Made by a program: the position numbers and the translations under genes | Notes under the pieces: generated by a model | What the model saw: the letters and a program-made list of their open reading frames with translations, nothing else | Databases searched by the model: none | Told to the model about the DNA's origin: nothing | In this document: positions 1-14,500 of the stretch, one piece after another | How positions within the stretch are numbered: the first letter of the stretch is position 1 | Layout: each line of letters opens with the position of its first letter | DNA from: an uncultured bacterium | GTDB taxonomy: Bacteria > UBA8481 | Assembly: GCA_964499705.1 (NCBI GenBank) | Contig: CAZCME010000019.1 | Span: 62,001-86,224 of the forward strand | Direction: 5' to 3' | DNA length: 24,224 bases

Positions 1-2580
1 GGAAGCCTGAAAGACGTAGCGGACGGTCGTGTCCGGGCCGGTATCGGCGACGGCTGCGACGCGGAAGCTGGGCGTCGTCACGGTCGTGCTCGTTCCGTTT
101 CGCGGAGCGAGGATGGCTGGCGCGGGTGGCGGCGTGGAGTCGAAGCGGATGGCGATCGTATCGCTCCATGATCCGAAAGTTCCCGCGTTCGATCTCGCCC
201 GCACGCGCGTGATATAGGTGGTCTCTGCGAAGTTATTGATGCTGGCCGAATACGACGTCGCGCTGGTGATGAAACTGGTGTCGGCAACGGTCGAGTCCAA
301 AAGTGTCGAGATGCGGAGATTGTAGCCGTTTAGTCCGGAGGCAGGGAGCGAACCGGATGCGACCCACGAGAATGTCGTCGGCCCCGGCCGCGCGATCAGG
401 TTGGCCACCGGCGCCGTGAAGGACGGCTTCGGTGGCGGAGAGGTTTCGAGCGTGAAGTTGGCGACGCCGGAGAAACTGGAGACATTGCCGAGCGTATCCT
501 CGGCGGCGACACGCCAGTACCAGGTACCCGCAGAAAAACCTGCGCCGCTGGAAGCGCTTGTCGTGTCGGCCGTCGCGGTCGAGATCGGGATCGTCGCGAA
601 TGTGGAATCCGCGGACGCATGGAGAATATAGCGCTTGAGCGGCGCGCCGAGGTTCGCGGCGTCGGTCCAGTCGAAGCTGATCGTCGTATCGCCGACGAAT
701 TGACCTGAGATCGGACTGACCGGGACGGGCACGGACGGCGGCACGGAGATGATTTGGAAAGTATCGAATACCGAAGCGGTCGTGTTGCCGGCGGTATCCT
801 CCGCGACGACGCGCCAGTACCACGTGTTCTGGCTGAAGCCGGCCACGACGATCGTCGCGGATGTTCCCTCGCCCGTGAGAACAGGCGACGAGAATGTTCC
901 CGATGTATCGACCTGGACAATATAGCGCCGGAGGCCGCTGACGGACGCGCCCGTTCCGGAGTCGGAACTGGCCGTGAACCGGAACGCGACCGTTCCGACC
1001 GACGTGTCCTCGCCGCTTGTGGGCCTGATGAGCGGCGAGGGCGCCGCCGGCGGCACCGTGTCCGTGATGACGGCGCGTGTCGTCTGCGACAGAGTCTGGT
1101 TCGACGATCCGTCGATCGCGATGACTCTCCAGTACAGAACGGCGTTGGCCGGGAGTGGCAGCGACTTTGTATCGATGGAAGACGCGACGGTCGTGTCGTG
1201 GAGCATGCTGGCGAACGCGGAGTCGTCATCGACCTGGATCCGGTACTGCGATACTCCGGACGGCGTGTCCGTCGTGAGCGCCCACTGGAACGTTACGGAC
1301 GCCACGTTGGTGTAGGAATTATTTCCGGGTTCCATGAGCGAGAAGGAAGAAGGCGGGCTCGTGTCGACGATGACTCCTCCCGTATCGATGGTGACGCTTC
1401 GCCAGTTCGATGTGTCCGAATTGCCGGCGGTATCGGCGGCGATCACGCGCCAATAATACGTATTACCGGCCAGTGTTGCGCCAGGCTGGAAGGACGTGGC
1501 CTTCTGCGTCGATGCGAGGACAATCGTGGGTACGATTGTGTCCGTCGCGAGCTGGAACGTGAATGTATCCTTGTGGACGCCGGTCATGTTCGAGAGCCAG
1601 AGGAAGACGGGACGGGAGTCGGATGTTGTTGTGGCGTCGGGGGGCGAGAAGAGCGCGACGGTGCAGATCGTGTCGGTGGAGAGAATGCGCGACGACGAGT
1701 TCGTCGTGAGGCTCGCGGCGTTGGTGACAAGAATTCGCCAGTAGTACGTTGCGTTCGCGTTGAGAGTCCTGGTGGTCGACGTCGCCAGTCCGTTGGCGGA
1801 ATCGATCGCGGGTGAGGTGAAGGACGAGGATGTGTCAATCTGGAGCCGATAGCCGGCAATCGTCGAGAAGGAATCGGTGGACGCGCTCCATGAGAATGTG
1901 AACGTTGTGGAACGCGTCTCGACCCTGTCTTCCGGCGCGAGGAGTGTCGGTGCGGTCGGACCGGCACCGATAATCGTGAGCCGCTTCGAATCCGAGGCCG
2001 CCGTGTTGCCGGCGGTGTCCTCCGCGAGGACGCGCCAGTAATACGTCGCGCTTGCCGCGAGCGTCCGGCTCGCGGCGAGATTCAGGCCGACCGTGGAATC
2101 GATCGTGATCGAGGCGAAGGCGGCGTCGGATGCGAACTGGAGCCGGTACTGTTTCAGGCCGGAGAATGTGTCGGTTGCGGCGGACCAGGCGAAGCCAACC
2201 GCGGTCGCGATCGTGTCGTGATTCGCCGGCGGTTGGGAAGAGGCGGGCTTCGAAGGCGCGATGAGATCGAGCCTGAAGAATCCGGTATCGGTGGAGGCCT
2301 TCGAATTTCCGTTGGCGTCGTACGCCTGGATCCGCCAGTAGAAGCTGTCGACGCCTCCGGAGGCGGGAGAGAGAAGCGGCGTCAGTGAACGCGACAGACC
2401 CGTCGAGGTATCGGCGACGAGCGTGGAGAAGTTCGCGAAGCGGGAGACCTGGGCTTTATACGCCGAGAGACCCGAACCGCCGTCGGAGCTGGCGTTCCAG
2501 CGGAGATTGACGGCCGTCGTCGAGGTGTCGTGATTCGCGGCAGGCGAGAGAAGCGTGAAGGGATTGGGCGGATTCAGGTC
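1..2580 (-). repeat. Tandem FN3-like domains (~100 aa; about 8 complete plus 1 truncated by the window edge)
   Basis: Recurring P..P.L..P.....T......F.W....D..SG...Y.LQ......F...YWR(V/I).A.D..GN about every 300 bp: FYWRIQAYD, YYWRVLAED, YYWRILVTN, YYWRVIAAD, LYWRVIAID, WYWRVVAED, WYWRVAAED, YITRVRARS. Confidence 0.82.
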
Positions 2581-5500
2581 GAAGATCGTGAACGCCGCCG
2601 GCGCCGCGAAGGCGATGGCCGGGCCGCCCGTCTTCAGCGAAGTAGTGCAGGATCCGGCGGGAATTTTCGCGTGAACCGTTTCCCCCGACGTTGCGGTGTC
2701 GCGGTATGAGAGAACGACGAGGAAGGAATCGGCGCCGGTCACTCCGAGCGTGCATCCGAGGAAGTTGATCTTGTATGTCTGTCCCGATGTGTTGATGAGG
2801 CCGGAGATGTACTGCTCCGCGCCCGAATCGAAGTTGCCGTTCTTATTGAGGTCGCGATAGAGAAGAATGTATTCCAGGCGCGACGCCGCGCCGGCGTTTC
2901 CGTTCAGGGTGACGCCGAAATTCTGGAGCGTGTCGCCTGCTCCTCCGGCGATCGTCAAGGACATGACGCGCGAGAGGTCGACGTTCAGGGGCGAGATGGT
3001 CTCCGACAGAGTGTTTGCGTTCACAAGGATCCGGACGATCGTCGAGACGCCGGACTCCGTGAGGAATGTCGCCGGCGCGTAGGTGGCCGAGCTCGGAACG
3101 GTCTCGCGATTCGTCGTCTTGACGGCGTTCGCGGGGATGTACGCGCGGAGCGTATCGGAACCCGGGACCGTGTCGCGGATCGAGACCACGATCAGGAAGG
3201 AATCGAGCCCGGTCGAACCGAGCGCCCAGGGAGACGTAAGCCGCCATGCCGATGCGGAAAGCGTGAGCGTGGCGAGAGCGGTATCGCCCGCGGTGAGCGT
3301 CGCGGAGCGATCGGCGTCGCGATAGAGGAAGACGGTGTCGAGTTGAGCGGCCTGGCCCGCGTTACCATTGAACGCGACGGAGAGAACGGTGAGCGAATCG
3401 TTCGACGCGCCCGCGATCGTCATCGCCATGACCGCGGTCAGGTCCGTGCCTGACGGTGAGATGGACGCTCCCGCGGGTTTCAACGGATCGACGGCGAGGG
3501 TCGTGAAGGCGGCCGCTACGGTGAACGTCGCGGGCGAGGACGCGTCGGCGGCGGGAGCGGTTTCGCGCAGCTGAGTCTTCACCATGCCGGAGGGGATCGT
3601 CGCGCGGAGCGTATCCCCCGGGGTGGCTGTGTCGCGGAGCGTGACGAGAACGAGGAACGAATCGAATCCGCTCTTGAAGTCCGGAAGTGTCGCGGAAAGG
3701 GAAGACGAGCCGAAGGTCGTGCCGGACACGAGCGGCAAAAGCGCCGCGATCGTGTCGAGCCCCGCCTCGTAGGTTCCGTTCTCGTTGCCGTCCTTGTAGA
3801 GCGCAATGGAATCGACGACGGATGCGGCTCCGGCATTTCCGGCGAGGCGGACATGGAACTGCGTCAACGTGTCGCCGGTCGCTGCTCCGCCGATGGAGAG
3901 CGCCATGACAACGGTCCGGTCGGTGTCGACGGCGGTGATCGAGCCGTTGGCCGGAGTCGCCTGATCCACGGAGACGATGGTCGAGGCGACGTAGCTGATC
4001 GTGAAGAGACCCGGCGCCGAGATCGAAACCGACGGTGACGTGTCGCGATTTCCGGTCTTAATACCGAGCGCAGGGACGGACGCTCGCACGGTTTCACCGA
4101 CCGGTGTCGTGTCGCGGAATCGAGCCGCGACGATGAAGGAATCGCCGGAGCCGATCATCCAGCCAAGCCCGAACCGGTAAGTCTGCCCTGTAATGAACGG
4201 ATAAGACGCGAGAACGGTATCGACGGAAGTATCGAGCGTGGCGTTCCGGTTCGCGTCGCGATAAAGGAAGACGGATTCCGTCCGGTTCATCGCACCGGCA
4301 TTTCCCTCGAGATCCACCGTGAACATCTGGAGCATGTCGGCGGTATCGCCCACGACGGAGACGGAGATGAGCGCCGTGAGATCGACGCCGACGGGATTGA
4401 TATTCGCGCCCGCGGGCAGGGATGGATGAACGGCGATATTCGCAGGCGCGACCGCGGAGGCCGTATCGATCCGGAAGGATCTCGTGCCGAACGTGTTGAC
4501 ATTCTGTGCCGAATCGATCGCGAGCACGCGCCAGTAGTACGTGTCGCCGGGAGGAAGCGTTTCCGCGAGTGTCGTGGCGGTCGTGAAGCTGTCGACGACG
4601 AGCGAAGAGAAGAGACCGGTCGAGTCTATCTGGAGCTTGTAGCCGAGGAGGCCGGAGATGGAATCCGCGGAAGCCGTCCATGTGAAGGCTATGGCGATGG
4701 CGGATGTGTTGGCGCCGTCGGCAGGCGATACCTGCAGAGAGGCCGCCGGAAGTGTCGTGTCGACCCGGAAGAATCGATTCGCCGAGATCGCCGTGTTGTT
4801 TGCACTGTCGACCGCGATGATACGCCAGAAATACGAATCATTGGCGGTGAGTGTGAGCGATGCGTTCGTGAAGAGAATGAAGGAGTCGACGAAGGGAGAA
4901 GCGAACGCTCCGGAAGTATCAACCTGAAGTCGATATCCCTGGATGCCGCTCGAATCCGACGATGAGGACCATGAGAAAGGTATCGGGAGAAGGTTTGTAT
5001 CGAGAAGCGAGGATGGCGCCATGAGAACGGGAACGGATGGCGGAGTGGAGTCGGGAGTCTGAGCGGCCGAAATGGAGTCGGAGAAGAAGGATTGGTTTTC
5101 ACGCGCCGCCGCGTCGAATGCCGTGACGCGATAGAAATACGTCTCAAAAATACCGAGGCCCGAGTCGACGAATGCGAGCGTCGCAGGTCCGACGGCGCCG
5201 CGGAGAATCCAGAGAGAGGTATCCCGGATCCTGGAAGAATAGGCGCGATATCCGGAAAGACCGATGGCTCCGCCGTTGGATTCCTCGATCGACGTGACCG
5301 CCGACCATGTGATGAGAATTGACGACTCCGTGAATCCAAATGCCGCGACGGTATCCGGGCCATCCGGCGCGGTCGTGTCCGCGGAAGCGGCTGTATCCAC
5401 GATACCAAGGCGATACGGCAGGAACGTGATCGACTCGGCGCCTGCGCCATAGAAGGAGCCGCGAATTGCGGCGGAGTCGATCGTGCCCCACCAGTTGCGA

Positions 5501-8500
5501 ACGACGTTTCGAGCACCGCCGGTTTCGTTCTCGAATTGGTGCGTATCGAAATGAAAATTGTTCTTGGAGATCAGGAGCATGGAACCGACGCTCGAGCGAA
5601 CCAGGACACCCGTGTCGTTGCCCTGGAAATCGTTCTGCTCGACAGTGATCGAATTGCCGGCACTCAGCTTCAGTCCTGCTCGTCGATTCGACCGGAACTG
5701 ATTCCCGCGGATCAGGATCGATTCCGCCGCGCCGCGAACATCGAGACCGTGTGTATTGGCGAAGTTGAAGGTATTGCCGAAGATGACGACGTCCGTGCAA
5801 CCGATCAGATCCATGTTGTTGCTTCCTGTGGAATCGCAGGAGTTGTTTCGGATGACCAGCGAACGCGCGCCATTGGCCGAGATGCCCGTTGAGTTGACCT
5901 GAGCGAAGGCGTTGCTCTCGAGAATGCTGCTCCGGTTGGCGGCGATGCTCAATCCGGCGCTGTTTCCGAGGAGCTGGTTCTGCCTGATCGTGATCGAGTC
6001 GGCGGATGTCAACGCGGAGATTCCGGTGGAGTTGGACTGCGCCGTGTTCGAAAAGACAAGATGCGAATTGCCGACGCCGATTCTGATCCCGGTGAGCGTG
6101 TTATTTCGCGTATAGCAGCCGGTAATCAGGCCTCCCGTAGAACTGTCGGTCACGTCGATGCCATTGGAGGAATTGTAGGAAACGCTGTCGCTCTGCAGTG
6201 TGAAGGTGGAAATATTTCGGAACTGGATACCGGTAGTCGCTCCGCGAACGCCGAGAAATTGGATCGAGATTGAGGTTTGAGTATCCGCGTAGATGCCGAT
6301 GTTGGAGCCTGGCGGATCGATCACGGTTACGAGCGAGTCCTTGCCGATGAGCCAGATGCTGTTCGTGTCGATGACGATCGTCTCAGTATAGAGTCCCGCG
6401 TCGATATAGACCGTGTCGCCCGTCGATAGCTGGTTCATGACGGCGGCGATCGTCCGCTTCGGCGTCGCGGGAGTGAGTCCGAAGTAGAAATCGTTTCCGG
6501 TGGCGGTCGTCCAGGAATCTCCGGAGATCGACGTGTCGTTGACATACCAGACATTCGGCCCCGACGTATCGCCCGTCGTCATCGCGATCGCGATCGAATC
6601 GGAGAGATACGATTGATTCTCGATCGCGGACGAATCGAAGGAGGTGACGCGGTAGTGGCGCGTCTGGCTTGCGGCAAGCGTGGTGTCATCGAATGTGGGC
6701 GACGCCGTCTGCCCGAGAAGCGTCCAGAGCGGCGTGTCGGCCGTCGGAGAGTGGTACACGCGATAGCCCGCGAGGTTGGTCGTTCCCTCCGCTTCCTCGC
6801 TGGCCGTCACCGTTCCCCACATGACGCGGATCGTGCTCGGGCCGACTCCCGCGGCGGTCACGGTGTCGGGCGCGCGGGGCGCGACGGAGTCGGATGCGAT
6901 GGCGGTGTCCGCGGGACCGAATCGGAAAGGCGTATGCTGCACGAAGGCTCGTCCCGATCCCCAGATCCTCGCGCCGATCGCGCCGGTATCGCGCGTGCTC
7001 CACCAGTTCCTCGTCATGCGAACGCTGTTCGCCGTGAGGTTGATGACGCCGGAGTCCGGCAGCGCGGCGGGAGGATGGATATTGTTCTTCGTCACCGTGT
7101 CGTTGGCGCTCGAGCCGATGAACCGGAAGGCCCAGGCATTGGAGTCGCACTGGTTCTGCGTGAGCGTGTTGTTGGAGTCGCTCGAGAGATGGAAACCGGA
7201 GATCGAGTTGTTGGAGGCGATGTTATGCGAGAGCCGGTTTCCGTTCGACCCCGTCGTCAGTTCGTACCCGTGCCCCTGCCTCTGCGCATAATTCCGGACG
7301 AGGATGTTGTTGTTCGACGAGGCCAGTTCGAAGCCCGCGCCGCCGTTTTGAGAGGACGTATCGGAGTCGAAGGTGTTGCCGTTCGAGCTGGAACCGATGA
7401 GGAAACCGTGCGAGCTGTTGCCGTAGGAAAGGCTGCCCGTGATCGCATTGCCGGTCGAGTTGTTCAGCTCCAGTCCCGCGCCCGCATTCGTGCACGTCGC
7501 TATGCCGGCCACGGTGCAACCGCTGGAGCCGGTGAAGTACAGGCCGGCGTTGCCGTTCTGGACAAAGGCGGAGAGGAAGATGGTGTTGCCATTGGAACTC
7601 TGAATCACCATTCCCGCGTTTCCGTTCAAGGCGGAAGTGCATGCGGAAAGCGCATTGTTGTTCGAACCGTTCGTCAGCCAGAATCCGTAAAGGCCTGCGC
7701 CATCGACCTGGATGGAGTTCAGCTGAGAAGAATCGACGTTGGCCCAGCTGATTCCATATCGGCCGGCGGTGACACGGAAATCCTTGAATGTCAGGTATGA
7801 CCTGTTGACGGCGAAAATCGCTTTCTGGCCGGAGACTGTATTGTCGCCGAAGCTGATGATCGTCGAATCCGCGCCTCGGCCGACAATCCAGATGCAATTT
7901 GTGTCGATCCGGAAAGTATCGGGCTCGTAGTAATCGCCCGCGTCCAGGAGGATCGTGTCTCCCTCCGTGAGAAAGGGCTCGACGTCATTGAGCGTCCGCA
8001 GCGGCGAGGAGGGCGCGAGGCCGTTGTTGGAGGAACTGCCGGTCGCGCTCGTAAAACCGTCTCCTGTCGTCGCCGTGTCGTTCACATACCAGATATTCGG
8101 CACGGTCGTATCGAGCGTCGTCGTGTCGGAGGGGATCGAGTCGGAGAAGAAGGACTGGTTCTGGATGCCGGAATTGTCCGCCGCCGTCACGCGATAGTAG
8201 TAACCGGTCAGCATTCCTATCCCGGAGTCATCGTAGGAGAGAGCGCCTGCGCCGACGGCGCCGCGAAGCAGCCATAAGGTCGTGTCGCGATTTGGAGCGC
8301 GATAGATCCGGTAGAAAGTCAGATTGACCGATGATTCCGGTTCTTCCGAGGTCGTGACGGAGCTCCATGTGACACGGAGCGTATTCGGTCCGAACGCCGC
8401 GACGGCGACCGTGTCCGGCGCGCGTGGCGCGACCGAGTCGCCGTTGATCGTGGTATCGACGATGCCGAACCGGAAGGGGAGATAAACGACGGAATCGCGC

Positions 8501-11500
8501 GCCGAGCCCCAGATCATGTTCCGCACGTTTCCCGAGTCCTGCGTGTTCCACGCGTTCCTGATGAAGGAGAACATGACTCCGGCGACAGTGGAACCGTTGA
8601 AGACACCGGATTCGGGGAAGGCGGGGGAGGTGCGCATGTTGTTCTTCTGGACGGTATCGCCGGAGGTTGGTCCGGTGATGAAGACCTGGTACTGGCGATT
8701 CGAATCGACGAGGTTGGACACGACGAGGTTGTTCGTCGCGGTGTTGAGGTAGACTCCGTGCGCCAGATTGTTCGAGACGAGATTCTGGCGGGCGACGTTT
8801 CCGATGCCGTACAGTGCGATGCCGCTCCAGAGATTGCCGGCGACCACGTTGGATGTGATGATGGTGCGGTCCGCTCCGACAAAGGCGACGATGCCGTCGT
8901 TGGTGTTCTGCCGGACCGTGTTCGCGTTCAGAATATTGTCGACTCCGGCTCCAAGATAGATCCCGTTCACCAGGTTCGAGCTGGCAATATTGAGATTAAG
9001 AAGGTTCGTGTCGCAACCGTCCGAAAGATAAATTCCCTTGTCGCCGCACGCCGTCACCGAGTCCATGCGTATCCAGGAGCTGTCCACGTTGATCCAACGG
9101 ACGCCGTTGAATGCCCCGGTCAGTCCCAGGTCGCGGATATCGAGCCCGACCTGGGAATCGGCAAAGACGGCGTAGAGCCCTCCTGTCGCCGCCGGTCCCG
9201 GAGGATCGATGACGGTGAGGTTGGAGTCGACTCCGCGGAGATGGATGTGGTTCGTATCGATGACGACTGTTTCCGCATAAGTGCCGGCGTCGATATAGAC
9301 CGTGTCGCCGATCGTCAGCTGGTTCATGACCGAGGTGATCGTTCGCTTCGGAGCAGAGCGCAACAGGCCGTGGTTGGCGTCGTTTCCGATGGCGCTGGTG
9401 TATGAGTCGCCGGTTGTGGATGTGTCGTTCACGTACCAGACGTTTGGTCCCGAGGAGTCGGGCGTCGTGCTGTCGGAAGGAATCGAGTCGGAGAAGAAGC
9501 TCTGGTTTTCGTAGGGCGCGTGATTGTCGAAGGCCGTGACGCGGTAGTAGAAGCCCTGCTGGGCCGAGAGGCCGGAGTCGTCGTAGGTCGTCGTGCCCGT
9601 GCCGACCGCGCCGCGGAGGAGCCAGGAGGAGGTGTCGCGATTCGGAGCTCGATAGACGCGGTAGCCGGAGAGGTCGATGGTGGTCTCGGATTCCTCGGAA
9701 GCGGAGACGGAGGACCATGTGACGCGGATGATCGCAGGGCCTACTCCAAGAACGGCGACGGTGTCCGGCGCGCGCGGCGCGACGGTATCCGCGAGTGGAG
9801 CCGTATCGACGAGGCCGAGGCGGAAGGGGACATACGAAATGGAATCCGGCTTCGTGCCTCCCAGCTTCCTCCGGATCGCGGCACTGTCCGTCGTGCCCCA
9901 CCAGTTTCTTTGGAAATCGAACCTGTTGCCGATCGAGTTGTAGACGCCGGAGTCGGGCCGGTAGGGTGACGGAATGACGATATTCTTGTTGAACGAATCG
10001 CCCGTGGTGATCGATGAGATGCCGATGACCTCGAATGCCCATGTTCCGGGCGAATCGATTGTGTTCTGAGAGAGGACATTGAAGGAGGAATTGAAAATCT
10101 GGAATCCTGAGAGCCCGTTGTTGCGGGCGATGTTGCCGTGGATCCGGTTCGTGTCGCTGCTGTTGTTGAAGACATAGTTCTCCTGGGCATTCCCGGTCGC
10201 GATGTTGCCGGCGATCTCGTTCCTGCGGGCGGCGTTGAAGTAGTATCCTTGCTGAGTATTCGATTCGCTCCGGTTATCGAGCAGCATGCCGAAGCTTCCG
10301 TCATAGCGGAAGCCGGCGCCTTTGTTCAGGTCGGCGAGGTTGTTCGACAACGTGTTGAAGTTGGCCGCTACGACGAATCCCTTGGCCCCGGAGCTTGAAC
10401 CGCTCGTGGCGTGATTCCCGGTGAGCGTGTTCGATTCAGATCCGGCATCGAGGTAGACCGCGTTCTCGTTGTTCGTGGAAGCCTTGACCCTTTGAATCGT
10501 GGAGGTATCGACGTTCAACCACCACACACCGCGATAACCATGCGTGACCTGCAGGTCGCGCAGCGTGATCCCGGATTTATTGATGGCGTAAATCATCCGG
10601 AACGCCGTGAAGGATGAATCGACGAAATCGATGATCGTATTCAAGGAATCCGCGCCGATGATCCAGACGGAATTCGCTTCGATGCGGAACGTGTCCGCTT
10701 CGTAGTAGACGCCTGAGTCGACATACACCGTGTCGCCCATCGTGAGGAACGGTTCGACGTCATTCAGCGTCCGTTTCGGCGACGAAATCGAGAGGCCGGA
10801 GTTCGACGACGAGCCGATCGCGGCGGTGAAAGAGTCGCCGGCGGTCGAGGTGTCGTTGACATACCAGACATTCGGGCCCGAGGTATCGAGCGACGTCGTG
10901 TCGGCCGGAATAGAGTCGGAGAAGAAGCTCTGGTTCTCGAACGGCGCGTGGTTGTCGAATGCGGTGACGCGGTAGAAAAATGCGGTGCTTGCGCCGAGAC
11001 CCGAGTCGTCATACGTGTTCGTGCCGGACGGGATCGCGCCTCGGAGAAGCCAGAACGTCGTGTCGCGCGTCGCGGAACGGTAGACCTTGTATCCGTTGAG
11101 CCCGACGGAGGTCTCGGCCTCTTCCGAGGCCGAGACGGTCGACCACGTGACGCGCAGAAAATTCACGCCGAACGCCGCGACGGTAACGGTGTCCGGCGCG
11201 CGGGGCGCGACGGTGTCGGCGAGGAGCGCGGTGTCGATCGTGCCGAGGCGGAAGGGGATGTATGTCACGGAGTCGCGAGTTGAGCCCCAGATCATGTTCC
11301 GGATGACGCCGCTGTCGTCGACACCGAGGCCGTTCCAGATCCAGCGGTTCCGGGTGAAGTCGAAGCGATTGCCGGTGGCGTTCCGGACGCCCGAGTCCGG
11401 ATACGCGGGGGAGGAGGCGATCATGTTCTTGACGTATGTTTCGGAAGATGCCGAGACGAGGTTCACGGCGTAGCCCGTGTTGGAGTCGAACGTCGAAGTC

Positions 11501-14500
11501 GCGACGTAGTTGTCGGCGCTGCTCGAGTGCTCGATACCGTGGCCGAGGTTATCTCGGGAGACGATCCCGGTGATTCTGTTGTTAGAGGCGAAGTTCAATC
11601 GGAACCCGTTCTGTCCGTTCTGGACGGCGGTGTCGCCGTCGAAAATACTACTGTAGGCAGGATCAAGGTTGAAGCCGTGCCCCGAGTTCCGGTCGGCGAG
11701 GTTTCCACGGAAGAAATTATTTTCGCAATTGATGGCGCCGGACGCGTTCTGATGGAAACCAGAGCCGATGTTGAGGATCGCGCGATTGGCGATGAGCGTG
11801 TTGCCACGGGATCCTGCAAAGACGATGCCGCCCTGGGCGTTGGCGACGCAGAGGTTTTCGGTGATGGCGTTTGTGTCCGAAGTGACGATCCAGAAACCAC
11901 TACCCGCGTTGCTTTCGGAGCGATTGCTCGCGAAGGTGTTCCAGCTCGAGTTGGAGTGGATGTAGATACCGTCCGATCCGTGTGCGTCGGTTCGAACGCG
12001 TTCGATCACCGACGAATCGACGTTGCACCAGTCAATTCCGACATATCCTGATCGGATCCGGAGATCGCGGATTGTAAGGTTCGTCTGCGTGTCGGCAAAG
12101 ACGCATCGATACTGTCCGACGGTGATGCTGTTGAATTTGATCTCGGTGGAAGTCGAGTCCATGCCGAGGACCCATATCGAGTTCGTGTCGATACGGAACG
12201 TGTCGGGCTCGTAGTAGAACCCGCCGTCGATGTAGATCGTGTCACCCTCCGTGAGGAACGGCTCGATGTCGTTCAACGTTCGTTTGGGGAAGGCGATCGA
12301 GAGGCCGGTGTTCGCGGAATTGCCGATGGCGGACGTGAACGAGTCGCCCGACGTGGACGTGTCGTTCACGTACCAGACGTTCGGGAAGAGCGTGTCGATC
12401 GTCGTTGTCCCGGCCGCGATCGAGTCGGAGTAGAAGCTCTGGTTCTCGAACGGCGCGATGTTGTCGAAGGCCGTGACCCGGTAATAGCGCGTCAGACCCT
12501 GTGAGAGCCCGGAGTCCGTGAGCGTCGTCGAAGCGGTCGTGCCCCGCAGCTCCCAGGCCGTCGAGTCGGGCGACGTGGACCGGTAGACGCGATACCCGGC
12601 GAGCCCGACCGCGGTTTCGGATTCTTCGGAACTCGTCACCGCGGACCAGGTGACCTGGATCGTCGTCGCGGTTTGGCCGAGCGCTGCGACGGTGTCCGGC
12701 GCGCGCGGCGCGACCGTATCAGCGAGAAGTGATGTGTCGACGATACCAAGGCGGAAGGGGTGATAGAGTGCCGAATCGCGCGACGGAGGGTATATCCGCA
12801 GTCGGATGACGCCGGAATCCGATGTGTTCCACCAGTTTCGCGTCATATCGAATGTTCCGATTGCATCGATGCGCACCGCGGAATCTGCGGCGGGCCCGGA
12901 CGGCTGACCGCGCCAGTAATTCTTCCGAAAGGTGTCGGCCGTGGAACTTCCATCGATGACGATGCCCCAGGAAGCGTTGGAGTCGACCGTGTTCTGACTG
13001 ACGGTGTTGCCTGAAGAACCGCTCAGATTCACGCCGATGCCGCCATTGCCCGAAGAAATGTTACCGGTCAGCGTGTTGCTCGAAGAGCCGCTCAGGTGAA
13101 TGCCGTTACTGCTGTTCGCGGAAGAGGTGTTCGAAGTCAGGATATTTCCCGAGGAATTGGCGATGACGATGCCCAAATTCCCGTTCCCCGAGGAGGAGTT
13201 CGAGGCCAGGGTGTTGTTGTTTGAAGTGGCATTAAGCTGGATGCCGTACCAGGTGTTGCCGAAAGAGCGGTTCGATATCAGCATGTTTCCGTTCGAGTTG
13301 TTGGTGAGCTGGATGCCGAGGTTGTTATTTCCTGACGAGACATTCGTGCTCAACGTGTTGTTCGAGGAGGCGTCGAGATTGAAGCCGACCTGGCCATTCC
13401 CCGACGTGGTGTTGTCGACAAGCTGGTTCGTGTCGCTGCCCGATTCCAGACCGAAGCCGACGAAGCTGTGCGAATCCGACAGGACTCGTTCGCACCGGGA
13501 AAGATCCACGTTGTTCCAGAGAATTCCGTAACGACCGGTTCTCACCGTGAAATCCTTGAAAGTAAGGTTCGTCAGGTTCGTCGCGTAAATAGCCCGCATG
13601 CCCGCCGTTGTGGTGTTGTCGAAAGTGATGATCGTTGACCGTGAATCCGCGCCGATCAGCCAGATCGAGTTCGTCTCGACCGTGATCGTGTCGGTCGGGT
13701 AGTAGACGCCTGAATCGATGTAGACCGTGTCGCCTTCGGTCAGGAGCCCCTCGAGTTCGTTAAGCCCACGCTTGGGGCGATCCAACGCCTGCCCATGATT
13801 CCACGTGTCGCCGACCGCCGAGGTGAATGAATCGCCCGCCGTCGATGTGTCGTTCACATACCAGACGTTTGCCCCGGCATGCGAAGCCGGAGTCCGGTCG
13901 CCGGGGATCGAGTCGGAGAAGAAGCTCTGGTTGTCGAAGGTGCCTGATCCATCTGTGGCTGTAACACGGTAGTACCACGTGTCGAGCGGCGCGATGCCGG
14001 AATCGATATATGCGTCGCCATTCATCGCCCCGCGTCGTTCCCAGAATGTCGAGTCCGGGGTGTTGGAGCGGTAGACGTAGTATGTCGAGACGATCGTCGC
14101 CGTTTCGGGCGATTCTGAACCCGCGGACGTCTTCCATGTCACGCGGATCTGCGTCGGCGACAGCGCGCGCGCGGCAACCGTATCTGGCGCGTTCGGCGCG
14201 ACCGAGTCGACAGTCGGATTTGTGTCAACCGCTCCGAGCCTGAAGGAATGATACGTGATCGAATCTCTCGCTGCGGGCTCGATCCTGTTTCGGATGACGC
14301 TCGAATCGGTCGTGCCCCACCAGTTGCGCTGGAAGTCGAAGCTCCGTGTGGTGAAATTCACGACGAACGACTCCGGCTGGACGATGCCGGAGACGAAGTT
14401 GTTCTTTTGAAATGTGTCGCGCGCCGTCGTGCCGCCCAGGAGGATCCCCCAGACCCCGTTGGAGTCGATCGTGTTCTGGGTGAAAAGATTATCCGTGGCG

